NCBI GenBank assembly: GCA_028716245.1
Contig: JAQUQW010000003.1
Span: 84,638-148,637 of the forward strand
DNA: 64,000 nucleotides
Source: Candidatus Omnitrophota bacterium
Lineage (GTDB): Bacteria; Omnitrophota; Gorgyraeia; Gygaellales; Profunditerraquicolaceae
Direction: 5' to 3'
The notes beneath the pieces were generated by a model, which ran no database searches, had not been told where the DNA came from, and saw only the letters and a list, made by a program, of their open reading frames with translations. Shown here one piece after another: positions 28,952-39,400 of this stretch (its first letter is position 1; every line of letters begins with the position of its first letter). The position numbers and the translations under genes are program-made.

Positions 28952-31900
28952 TTAATTCCTTGTCATCACTTCACCTGCAGCTGTCTCTACTTTTTCAGCT
29001 TCTTTTTCAACATCTTTGGCTTTCACCCCTGTGCTAATCGCTGCGATGAGATTCTTATCGCTGAGCGTTTCCAGAGACGCCTTATTTACAAGTAGAAAAT
29101 CCCTGACTTTTTTCGCGCTCACCTTTAATCCATTGGCGATATCAATTAGAGCTTGCGCTTTTTTCAATCCAATCATTACTAACAATTCTTTGGCTTGCAT
29201 AACTGCCAGCGCTGAACTGCCGCCTGTTGAGATATAAATCCCCTCGCCGGAGATGCCAAACTGCTCTGCCATTGCTCCGGTATCCGAACCCACTAATCCG
29301 ATATTGGCTTTGTTTTTGGCGGCTTCCAGGCAAGTCTTGCCAACCTCTTTTGAGCCAACCTCAAACTGCGGTATTTCGCTCACGCCTAGCGCGCCATTCC
29401 AAACATTCCATCTTCCGGCAGGAGTCTGAAGAATAATTTTGCTAAACTCTTCAATACTCTGTTTATAAATATCATAGATGAAAAGATTTTTAGCGATTAA
29501 TGTATCTCCTGATTCGGTATCAGCGAATGTACCCTGCTTCAACTGCTCCAGGGTTACATGATAAATCTTGGCGTTTTGGGGAATTTTCTTTAACTCAAGC
29601 CAGGATTTTTCACTGCCTTCAGCCGGTTTGGTTAAATCCATATTCACCACCACAAAATCAGAAGGCAACGCCAATTTGATGTTATATTGCTTAGACAGAT
29701 CAATAATACTCTGGGCTTGTTTAAGATCGTTCTCGCCGACCTTTGCTCCGACCTCGATATTATGCAGTGCTTTTAAGAATGGAGCAACCGGCCCGGTTCC
29801 AATCATTAGGAATCCGCCCTCCTTCATGTTCGGGATGACTTTTTGCAGCATCGGCACCTTCTCGCTGACCTTGGGGCCTCCGCCGATAATAACTCCGTGA
29901 AGATTTTGCAAAGCAAGTTGTAGATTTTTATCCTCATTTTCCATTATCAAGCCAAGGGCGATCTTTTCCACGTAGTTGGCGACTAAATCCAATGATCCGC
30001 CGGTCCTTTCCGCCGCGCCAAAGGCGTCAAAAATAAATACCTCATTATCCACTAAATCCGCCAGCCCCGCGGCAAAAGACGGATCATTTCCTTCTTCTCC
30101 TTCATAGAAACGGCTATCCTCAAGGATATTTATCGCGCCAGGAATGATTCTTTGCTTTAATCCTTTTGCTAACCCCTTAGCCGTTATGCTATTCTCATGA
30201 AACACCGCTTTATAATTGTATCCTTGCGCTTCTAAAGCTTTTTGGATTTCTACGGAAATCGGCCCCATAGAATATGCTTTATCCACTTTCCCGTCGGGCC
30301 TTCCATTATGGCTGATAACTACCACAGTCTTAGCTCCGTTTTCCAAGGGATAAACCATGGTGCGTACGGCTTCAAAGATCTTCTTTGTTGATTTAATTTC
30401 TCCCTTTGCGCCGGAAACATTAAGGTCTACACGTTCAAGGACACTTTTACCTTCAAGCTCTGCCTTACCCCAACTGCTCATATAAGGAACAGTTGCAACT
30501 TCCGTGGTTTTAATTTGTACAGGAGCGGGCGTCAAAATTTCCTTTGCCCTTCTTGCGTCAACCATCCAGGGCGCCCATCTGTGCGCAATCTGGCCAGGTG
30601 CCGCGGATTGATTATCATAGAGGCCTTTGATTATTATGGTTTTCTTGTTATTAAGCACTTGGATCATAAACCCGTCAATAATCGAAACACTAGACCATCC
30701 TACAATAGAGTTGGTATCTAAAGGAGTGCCGGCAACACCGGGTATTCCTTCATAGAACCTGACCATACCATTTGATTTATTTTTTGCAAAGTTCCTCAAC
30801 GCGTCTCTGACTTCTTTTTCAGTAACTTCTTTTTTTAGATTCATCGTGATCGTAAAGGCGCTCCCCGTGATTGCGCCAACCCGTTTAGCCGTAATCGGGA
30901 AATTACCTTCCAATTCCGGGATTATCTTAAACAGGTTCTTGGCCGCTCCGGTAGAAGCTTCCTGGATATCCTGGATTATCGAGAACCCTCTCAAAACATC
31001 CACCGGATCTCTTTCCCTGCCGCTAGGTTCAGGGAAAACAGCGTTAGAAGCGGTCTGCGCATGAACCGTCTCACCAGAACCTGACTCAACGCCAAAAGCT
31101 TCATGCGCAGCGACAATCGCAGAAATCATGGCATTAGAAGTACAAGATAAAGTATCTACTGCCCAGGTATTCGAAGTCACCTTATCTCTGTTAAAAGAAA
31201 ATAATGCTTCCTTGAAAGCAATTTTAGGATTCAAACCCGCTGCCTTAAGCCCGACTTTTATTCCGTCTTTATTCACCGGAGAAGCGCAGGCTACCGGCAA
31301 CCCCATCTGTATGAATTCTTTGATACGCAACGCCTGATAAGTGCCGCCTTTACCGCCTCCTTCATCTTTACCCGGGCCATATTCCGCGACTACATCCGGG
31401 CCGATTCCTAATTGCCTCATTATTCCCACTGCGTCTTTATTGCTTATTTCCGGGCCAAAATAAAGAATGCGCATTTCCGGCCGGCCTGAATTTTTATCTT
31501 CAGGAACAATAATAGTATCTATCTTCTTCCCATCTACATTTACAGGCTCACCGAGATGTAAGCCGGCGACTTGATATCGCGCGAACACTCCGCCGGAATA
31601 AAAATTCTGCCGAACAAATGCCGCAGCATTAAGTTGTTTAGCTCCTTTGAGTGTTTTTATGGCAACGATGTTTTGCCCCGGTTCCCATTCATTTAGCCAT
31701 GAATTAAACGCGCCTTCCGAAAAAATAACCGCGTTGCCGGCGCTGACAAAGATATTTGTCGGTTTCAAAGCAATGGCTAATTTCCTATCCAAGTCATCAT
31801 TCTTGAACAAATCCGCTTTGGCAATGCCTTTTAACGCAGCCAACTGCTCAGCGCTTAAACGATGGACTATCTTTCTTATCCGGCTAAACGTCTCGGTTTC

Positions 31901-33433
31901 AGTAAGGTTAGCCAATTTCCCCAACACAACCACCGCTTCCAGCCTGCTCAACTCTAATTTTTCGGCTTTGGGGAGGCTATTCAATTTCTTTGCTATACCG
32001 TCTAAGATTTCTGCTGATTTGACATCGGAAGCTAAAATTTCCTTGAGTTCCGCCATATTCAAAGAAGCCAATAAGAACTTTGGATTAGTCCGCATAAATT
32101 CAGCTTCTGCTTTTGCTAATGCCTGCTGCCAATCTCCCAAATTAGAATCTTGTTCGGCAATAAACAAAGATGTCCTGGAAGCATCAATTTCTCCTTTATT
32201 TATTGCTTCATAAATTCCTGCCAAGAATTGATCCGGAGGTGTTTTATCCTTATTGTCAAATGCTTTTAAATTAACGAAACAAACGTACTTATTATTGTCT
32301 GCTATGGCTGCCCTGCTTACCCCTTTAGCCACAGCAAGAAAACCGGGAACTTTTTTGCCTGAAGAGGCAAATAATACGCCATGGACAAGCGGAACGCCCG
32401 CCATATCCGGCCTATTACTTTTAACCGACATAATCCTATCGATATTCTTGCCGTCTACGCTTGCGCCATAAAGCATTAAAAATGATTTACCCCATATTGA
32501 GTTAACAATATCTTTACCGTATTTTACTTCAAGTAAATTATATATAGCTTGATGGACATCGCGAACCTCATCAGTATCTGCGGCTACATCCTTACCTCCC
32601 GCATCTGCGACCTTTCCGATTTTGTCCGGAGGTTCATTAGCGACATAAAACTTAGTATCTTTTAACCGCTCTGCCGGAATATGATTAAAATAAGCATTTA
32701 ACTGCGCTAAAATCTCCTCTTTGGAACCTCCAACGCAAATGGGTATATCTTTGATTCCGGCATCAAGCAATGCGAGGATACGATGATTTATAACTTCATT
32801 AAATCTTGCTGAAGCGATATTTTTAGCTTCAATTCGAGCCTTATCATTCGCAACAGGAATTTCTGTTAATAGATTTTCCATTGCTTTAGTCATTGTCTTA
32901 ATCCAAGCATCTCTTACTATTAAAGGAACAGTGCCTAATGTCGAATCACCTATTTTCACTGGCCCTACAGCTGAATTAAAACTATTTTCTGCGATTTCTT
33001 TAATCTTGATCTTAGCTAAATCTTTATCAATGCCGCCGGAAATTAAAAGGCGCTCTCCCACTTTAGTTAACTCCTTAATACAATCTTCCCTTGTTGCCGA
33101 ATGTCCTAAAAGAGCACCTGCAAGTTTTCTCTCTAATAATTGACTTAAGAGTATAATTTGACCAACATTTTTCTCTTGCTCCTTAGTAGTCTTACCTCCA
33201 ACTTTAAAATTTTCTGCAAAAATCTTGACGTTAGGTAAAGGCGTTCCACTTAGTTCCCTTTCAATGGAATCTATCATGCCAGAATTACTCTCTACTACCG
33301 GAGCGCGCAGCTTATCCACAGTACCTAAAGCGGCATAGCTTCTCACCGGAACACTGGTAATAATAAAACTTACCACGGCGAGGCCGGAAATTAATTTTGA
33401 AAACAATGATTTCTTAGGAAACTGTGCGAACAT
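28952..33433 (-). CDS. Giant secreted multi-domain protein (1493 aa) containing TPI-like, GAPDH-like and PGK-like domains in series
   Basis: The signal peptide is MFAQFPKKSLFSKLISGLAVVSFIITSVPVRSYA. The TPI-like domain carries VANEPPDKIGKVADAGG...LYGASVDGKNI (cf. AYEPVWAIGTGKTAT...IxYGGSV). The GAPDH-like domain carries LSCTSNAM (cf. SCTTN), TVHAQT (cf. TTVHA.T) and STGAAKNLFKIIPELEGNF...RVGAITGS (cf. STGAAKAV.KVLPEL.GKL.G.A.RVPT). The PGK-like domain carries ISHNGRPDG, LEDSRFYEGEEGNDPSFA (cf. LENLRFH.EEE.ND..FA), IIGGGPKVSEKV, WNVWNGALGVSE (cf. WNGPMGVFE) and ISTGGSSALAV (cf. STGGGASLE). Confidence 0.65.
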   Translation of the reverse strand: MFAQFPKKSLFSKLISGLAVVSFIITSVPVRSYAALGTVDKLRAPVVESNSGMIDSIERELSGTPLPNVKIFAENFKVGGKTTKEQEKNVGQIILLSQLLERKLAGALLGHSATREDCIKELTKVGERLLISGGIDKDLAKIKIKEIAENSFNSAVGPVKIGDSTLGTVPLIVRDAWIKTMTKAMENLLTEIPVANDKARIEAKNIASARFNEVINHRILALLDAGIKDIPICVGGSKEEILAQLNAYFNHIPAERLKDTKFYVANEPPDKIGKVADAGGKDVAADTDEVRDVHQAIYNLLEVKYGKDIVNSIWGKSFLMLYGASVDGKNIDRIMSVKSNRPDMAGVPLVHGVLFASSGKKVPGFLAVAKGVSRAAIADNNKYVCFVNLKAFDNKDKTPPDQFLAGIYEAINKGEIDASRTSLFIAEQDSNLGDWQQALAKAEAEFMRTNPKFLLASLNMAELKEILASDVKSAEILDGIAKKLNSLPKAEKLELSRLEAVVVLGKLANLTETETFSRIRKIVHRLSAEQLAALKGIAKADLFKNDDLDRKLAIALKPTNIFVSAGNAVIFSEGAFNSWLNEWEPGQNIVAIKTLKGAKQLNAAAFVRQNFYSGGVFARYQVAGLHLGEPVNVDGKKIDTIIVPEDKNSGRPEMRILYFGPEISNKDAVGIMRQLGIGPDVVAEYGPGKDEGGGKGGTYQALRIKEFIQMGLPVACASPVNKDGIKVGLKAAGLNPKIAFKEALFSFNRDKVTSNTWAVDTLSCTSNAMISAIVAAHEAFGVESGSGETVHAQTASNAVFPEPSGRERDPVDVLRGFSIIQDIQEASTGAAKNLFKIIPELEGNFPITAKRVGAITGSAFTITMNLKKEVTEKEVRDALRNFAKNKSNGMVRFYEGIPGVAGTPLDTNSIVGWSSVSIIDGFMIQVLNNKKTIIIKGLYDNQSAAPGQIAHRWAPWMVDARRAKEILTPAPVQIKTTEVATVPYMSSWGKAELEGKSVLERVDLNVSGAKGEIKSTKKIFEAVRTMVYPLENGAKTVVVISHNGRPDGKVDKAYSMGPISVEIQKALEAQGYNYKAVFHENSITAKGLAKGLKQRIIPGAINILEDSRFYEGEEGNDPSFAAGLADLVDNEVFIFDAFGAAERTGGSLDLVANYVEKIALGLIMENEDKNLQLALQNLHGVIIGGGPKVSEKVPMLQKVIPNMKEGGFLMIGTGPVAPFLKALHNIEVGAKVGENDLKQAQSIIDLSKQYNIKLALPSDFVVVNMDLTKPAEGSEKSWLELKKIPQNAKIYHVTLEQLKQGTFADTESGDTLIAKNLFIYDIYKQSIEEFSKIILQTPAGRWNVWNGALGVSEIPQFEVGSKEVGKTCLEAAKNKANIGLVGSDTGAMAEQFGISGEGIYISTGGSSALAVMQAKELLVMIGLKKAQALIDIANGLKVSAKKVRDFLLVNKASLETLSDKNLIAAISTGVKAKDVEKEAEKVETAAGEVMTRN
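29110..30460 (-). other. Phosphoglycerate-kinase-like domain inside the 1493-aa protein
   Basis: VDLNVSGAKGEIKST..VYPLENGAKTVVVISHNGRPDG ... LEDSRFYEGEEGNDP ... FIFDAFGAAERTGGSL ... IIGGGPKVSEKV ... FLMIGTGPVAPFL ... WNVWNGALGVSE ... YISTGGSSA: full-length match to both PGK lobes. Confidence 0.65.
30640..31630 (-). other. Glyceraldehyde-3-phosphate-dehydrogenase-like domain inside the 1493-aa protein
   Basis: FYSGGVFARYQVAG...VNVDGKKIDTIIVPEDKNSGRPEM..GIGPDVVAEYGPG (cf. KYDSVHGRF.G.V...V.GK.I.V..ERDP..L.W...GVDIV.E.TG). The catalytic Cys (LSCTSNAM) and His (TVHAQT) are both present. Confidence 0.6.
32350..32980 (-). other. Triosephosphate-isomerase-like domain inside the 1493-aa protein
   Basis: FYVANEPPDKIGKVADAGGKDVAADTDEVRDVHQAIYNLL...MLYGASVDGKNI aligns with the TPI catalytic-Glu loop (EPVWAIGTG), the His-containing region and IxYGGSV. 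The Glu is retained (ANEPP). Confidence 0.5.
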
Positions 33434-33453
33434 TTTTCTTCCTCCTTATAAAA

Positions 33454-36400
33454 TTAATTTTTACCGCTTACTGCGTTCTCTTCTATCTTTTGCTTCTCAG
33501 CTGCATCATTAATTTCTTTGGTTTCTTTCACTAGTGGCGCGAAAGAAACTATTATTTTTTTATTTTGATCGTCATTCTTATTTATATCTTCCATCTTTCC
33601 TTTAACGATTTTGATGGCGACATCGCCGATCTCTTGTAATTCTCCTTCTTTAGCCAATCTTCTCCACTCTTTCCAGTAGATATCGACGCCTGCCCAAGCT
33701 GCTCCCAACATTATTTTGTCAAAAGTTACAAAATTTAAACCCGTTCCAAGATCTTTGAAATATTCGAAATATTTATCCACAGCCAGTGTATCGCTAGGCG
33801 TAGCAATATTAACACCCAGCTGTAAGCCGTCTTCGCCGGGAATAATACCCATATCTTTCAAGATATATTTCCAAGCAATAATTACCGCGCCGCTCTGAGT
33901 TCCTTTAAGTTCGGTAATTTGTAAACCAAAATCCTTTCTTTCTTTGACAGGCAATGCCGCTCTTACTTCTTTAAATGCCTCTAACTCAAGGCGGTTGATC
34001 TCCCAAAAATCGCCAATCGCCCTGGCTGCTCCTAATAAACCATAGTCAGGGTTAGGATTAACCTGTTCCACCAAGAAACCGAAATTCATATTCCTAAATA
34101 CCAGGCAATTCAAACTTGTTGTCTTATGCACCACAAATTGCCCTTTATTTTTCTCTATAATTTCTTGCATCTGCTGCTTAAACGAATCCTTTATGAATTC
34201 CTTAGCGGATTTTCCGTTAAGGCGGCTGACAATTCTCTTCCTCATGTCCGCGAAATATCTATTCCTTAATTCTTCCAGCCAATTTTTAGATAACGCTGCT
34301 CCATCATTACGGGTTATTTTATCAAGTTTATCCTGTAAAAATTCTTTTATGATTTTCTCAGGTTCTTTTTTAATCTTTTCCTGTATTTCGTTAATTAAAC
34401 TCAGTTTCTTATCCTGGTATTTCTCTTTTGCGATTTTATCCAGCTCATCGATTAATTTCCCCACATATTCGTCAAATACTTTTCCTAAAGAATCTTCTAA
34501 AGTTTTACCTTTTATCTGTTCATTTTCAAACGCCAACAGAACTAACGGGTTAAACTCAATCTTCGAATAAACGCTATTCGCATTTTCTTCAACGGCCTGT
34601 TTTGTATCTATTTGCGGGTCATACTGCGGTATTGGCAAGGAGCGGACAATTGCTTTTTTCTTTTCAACCTTAAGATTACCTTTATAAATCTTCTTGGCTG
34701 CGTAGTCAATCGTGACAAATTGCCCTTCTAATTGCGGGCGCATCGCGCCTATACCCTTGGCAATAGCTTTTATTCTTGTAGGTACGATACCCTTGTCGCG
34801 GCGAAACACATCCCAGCCATCCAGATTTACGTCGCCATCGACAATAATTGCCTTCGCGTATTGCAAATCATCCCAATCAATGCCCCTTCTTTCAAGCCCT
34901 TCAATGGTATTGTCCCAGCATTTCTGCCAAATAGCCATTATTTTAGTCCGCTCATCATCACTGAATCTTCTATCTTTTAATTGAGCGGAAAATTTCTTAG
35001 CGTGCACGTTAAGATTGGTCCATACGTAAAGATTATTTCCTATAGGCTTAAGCAACCCCTCTCGTTTAAACTGTTCAAAATATGCCGGGGTCATCGCTTT
35101 CACTAATTCATCTTCAGAAATAGCGACAAGGTTTCGGTTTAAAACAACGACCTTATTATATGTTTTCATTGTGCTGCGCGCGCTCTCTAAGCTTTGTAAC
35201 TTTAAGAATTCTCTTTTCTCTTCTAACTCCGCGCCTTCCAACCCTTTTAACGCATCGGGCAATAAATCTTCCGCTTTCTCTACGTAAATCACTTCGCCTT
35301 TAATAACTCCTGTGCGTTGTTTAACTTCCCCTGCGTTTAGATCAAACAATACCTCTTTTTCCGATTCAGGCGCGATGATTTCTTTTGTTGCCGACATTGT
35401 ATCGAGCCGGGTCATCGATGCCAAAAGCCGGACCGACATCATGCTTATGCCAAAAGAATCCAATAAATTCATAATCTTTCCGGCAGAATCATAATCCCCT
35501 CTTCCCACTAAACTGGTAACCGATTCTCCGCAAAGGTTTATTCGGATACCTAGCTCTTTCGCTTCCTTTACTACCGCCTCCATTAACTGAATCATTACAT
35601 CCGCACCTTCGTCAATTAAAGGCAACTTCTTAATGCTATCATTATAGAAAAATCCCGCCTCTTTAATCGCGTTAATCGCTTTAATAGCCGCAGGGTCAAG
35701 AAGCTCCAGCTTCATCCGCGGATCTTCTCTGTCGCCTTTACCGGCAAGATGAGAATAATCGTTTGTTCCAAAAGAAAAAAAGGTAAGTTCCACCCCGTAT
35801 TTTTTGTATTTTTCCCTCATTGCCAGCAATTTCTTACCGAGTTTATCCGCCAGTATAGCGTCACTGGGAACTTCAATCATAATACCGATCTGTTTAGGCA
35901 GCTTTCCTTTTCTAGCCGCTATTCTCTCAAGAGCGATATCTAACATGTCCAATTCCCTGACGAATCGTATAAAAACATAAAACCAGGCTTGGTTATGGGT
36001 GTTCTGGTTAGCATCAATAACCGAGTCCAACAAAAAGCTCAACACCTTCTGATTACCATCAAAATCCTCATCTATTCCCTCAATTTCCAGAGAGGCGCCT
36101 CTTAAGCCCACTAATGGATTGACACCGGGCCAGGAAAATATTTCAGAGCCGGGCATCCCCCTAATTTTATCCTGCGCGAAGTCATAGGCCCTGTTCTTTG
36201 CTTTCTGATCCGGACTAACACTAAATCCCATTAAGTTATAGAAAGTACGAAATTCTGTCCCGACGTATTTCCCAAATGACGAATACCCTTTTTCTACCAA
36301 CTTGTTTTCTATCTCTTTAAGAATCCAAGGGCTCTTGTTTAATTGAGAAATAATATTATAATCAAAATTAAATCTTCTTTGCATAGCGCCGTATTGATCT

Positions 36401-39400
36401 GTTAACGCTGACACTATACCGGGTATTTTCATGGAATAATCTAATAAACGCAGTTGCTCCCTGTTTAGCGGGGAATCTTGCTCTCGTAATTTCATAAGAT
36501 CGAAAATACTTAACAATTTTATGCCGTCTTCAATCTTATATTCCCTGCTAAATTGCTCTTTAAAGCCATTTAAAATCTCCGGCTTATCCTTATAATATTT
36601 AAAAATTTCATTATTTACTTTAGAAACAAATTTTTCAGAGCCTTCAATCTTTCCTTCAATTAACTGCTCTACGGTTACCAGCTCCGGCATTTTTGAACGG
36701 CCCGCTTTAATATTCTGAATAAGATCGTAGCCGTAACCCGCGAATACATTCAAACCTAATTGCTCCGCTTTAAATTCAGCGCGGGTTAATGCATTACCCG
36801 CGTCATCTTCAGCCAGCATAATCGGCGCATTCTGTTGAGCGGTCGAATCCGAAGCAATAATCTGGCCGATTGAGGGATATGGCATTCCATCGTCATCTCC
36901 CGGGATACCGTATGGCTTAATCCTGAATTTTACGAAATTGACCGGGATTCTCTTTGCTGGATCAGGTTCAAGTTTGTATAGAAGACCATTATTGGCGTCT
37001 ACAGTTAAACCATCTCCCGTAGCCACAAGCCTTTCCTCAAGTGTAAACTTACCCACCCCTGTTACAGCCGGAATACCCTGCTCTCTGCAGAAAATTGCCG
37101 CGTGGCAGGTATCTCCTCCTCTAATAGTAATTACCGCGTCCACCAGCCGCATAATCGGATCATGGTTCGGATCCGCTTCTAACAAATATAACGCTATCGG
37201 CAAAACCTTATCTTTACCTATACCGAATTCATCGGGATTAAATCCCAGTTTCTTTATCTGCCTCTTTTCTTCATCGCTAAACTGTCCTGCCTTTAATCTT
37301 CTTATTGTCTCAGCATGCCAATCAATGGTTTTATTTGGGTCAAATACCAGCACATACGCTTCGGTCGCATTTTCGCCTTTTGTACCGCTGGTAATAGCTT
37401 TTATATTATTATCCTCAATAAATTTCTCGTCCACTTCACTTCTTTGCCGGACAACATCGGTTTTTTGAATAGCGGCGGTATAAGGACGCGCCTGCACGTT
37501 ATAGAGTTTTAAAACAACTTTTCCTCCCCTAGCTGTATCTTCAACTTTTACCAGTTTGCCGTCTTTTTGCATTTTAAGGCGAGCGCCATCCACATCGGCA
37601 GTATATGCTTCGAGCCGGCCTTCCTGGCCTTTAGGCACAGAAGGGTCTATCTCAACCGCGAACTCAATATCTCTCTGGTCTTTATAAAAATTTGCAATGT
37701 TCCATGCCATATGGGCAATCTCAATTGCTTCCTCATCGTTAATACTAAATGAGTCCTGATGAGTAGGCGTGGTTTCCAAATTACAGGTAAAGCTATTATC
37801 TACCAGCGCCCTTATGAGATAACTTAAGTTCCTCATTTCTTTAGCTTCTAACCCCAATTTTTTTAATACGTCGCCTCTATGCACTAAATCGAATTCCTTA
37901 TTTTCCCACACCTCTTTTGTCATCAGTATAAACGCTTCGGCTGTTTCTATGCTATTGCCAAAAAACTCATGCAAACTACTCATCCCGGCTTTTGCCTCAT
38001 TGCTGGCGTTTTCAACCGAAGCAAAAACTTCTTGTATTAATTTATTAACTGCCGATTCCTTTAGTCCATTCTTTTCATTATTAGGAGAAACATGGAAATT
38101 CTGCTTGATATATTCTTGTACCGCGCCTATTGAACTATTCGCCTTGATCATATTCGCTATATCTGTGGCGATTTTTTGTACTCGCGCTTTTTTATCTTTC
38201 TCGGTTTCTGTTTTATCCGGTAATTCGTTTAAATACCGTGTCCCGTATAAATTTGTGACCAAAATGCCGTTTATCCTTTTGTCAACCTCATCGTAACTAA
38301 TTGCTTTTTCCACCATACCTGCCAATGACCGTATCTTATCCTGGCTTAGTTTGCTTTTTAAGAGGTCGATCGATTTTTCAATGTTAATCATCTGAATAAG
38401 CTTAGTGCCCTTATGCCTTTCTAAGAAAAACCAGTTTATGCCGTCATAAGTAGCCATAACAAATTTATCCGGATCGACTTTCCCTCCAACTACATTTTCT
38501 CCATAACCATAAGCGATTTCAAAGCTGACTACTATCGGCTTTGTGCCGACTATATTGCCTTCTTTATCTAACTGCACCAGGCTTTTGTCGCCTTTCCAGG
38601 CCTTATATAATGCCTGTGAAACACCCGCCATCTTGGTCGCCGGGTTAACCGAAAAAATTACACCGGCCAAATAACTCCTAACCATTTGCATAATCACAAC
38701 GTCGATTCCGATCTCTTCAGGATGGATAAATTCCAAAGCGATTTTTTGCATCGTTTCCAAACTGTGTCTTATCTCGGGATTGTTTTCATATTTTAAAATC
38801 TCTTCCATCGCATTCATTAAATTTACCGAACCGGGATTGCGGTAATTAGTTAAAGTTTCGGCATAGTCGGTAAATTCCGGCTTGTTCAATCTTACAGCGT
38901 ATTCGCGGAGCTTATTGATTAAATCATAATATACGCGCTTGGGCTGCTTGCCTTCAAATTCGATTGCGCTGGAAAAAATCAAAAATATAGCATCATCTCT
39001 ATAGCTTACTGCCCTATCTGTAAAAAGGCTGGCCCAATCAGCTTTCAGTTTATCAAGCACATTTTTTTCACCGCTGACATTAAGAAAAGTATCGGATTGG
39101 CCTGCCTGGGAACCAGTAGTAATCGGAAGCCAAGACGAGACCTTGATATCTTCTTTTATACCCGAGCTTCTCACCGCAACTCTTGCGGGGATGTCTTTTT
39201 TCGCCAGAACGCGCAGGACATTCAACTGGCGATACATTACTAATACCTCGTTTTTGATATCATCCGGAATCGAAGAACGTTTCATGACTTCTCGGATTTT
39301 TCTAGTTATTGCGTCCCTTTTCTGGTCATCCATCGTATCTAATACTTTTAATTCTTCTTTGATTAAGTCATACAGTTCAGGGTTTGCTTTCACAAATTTA

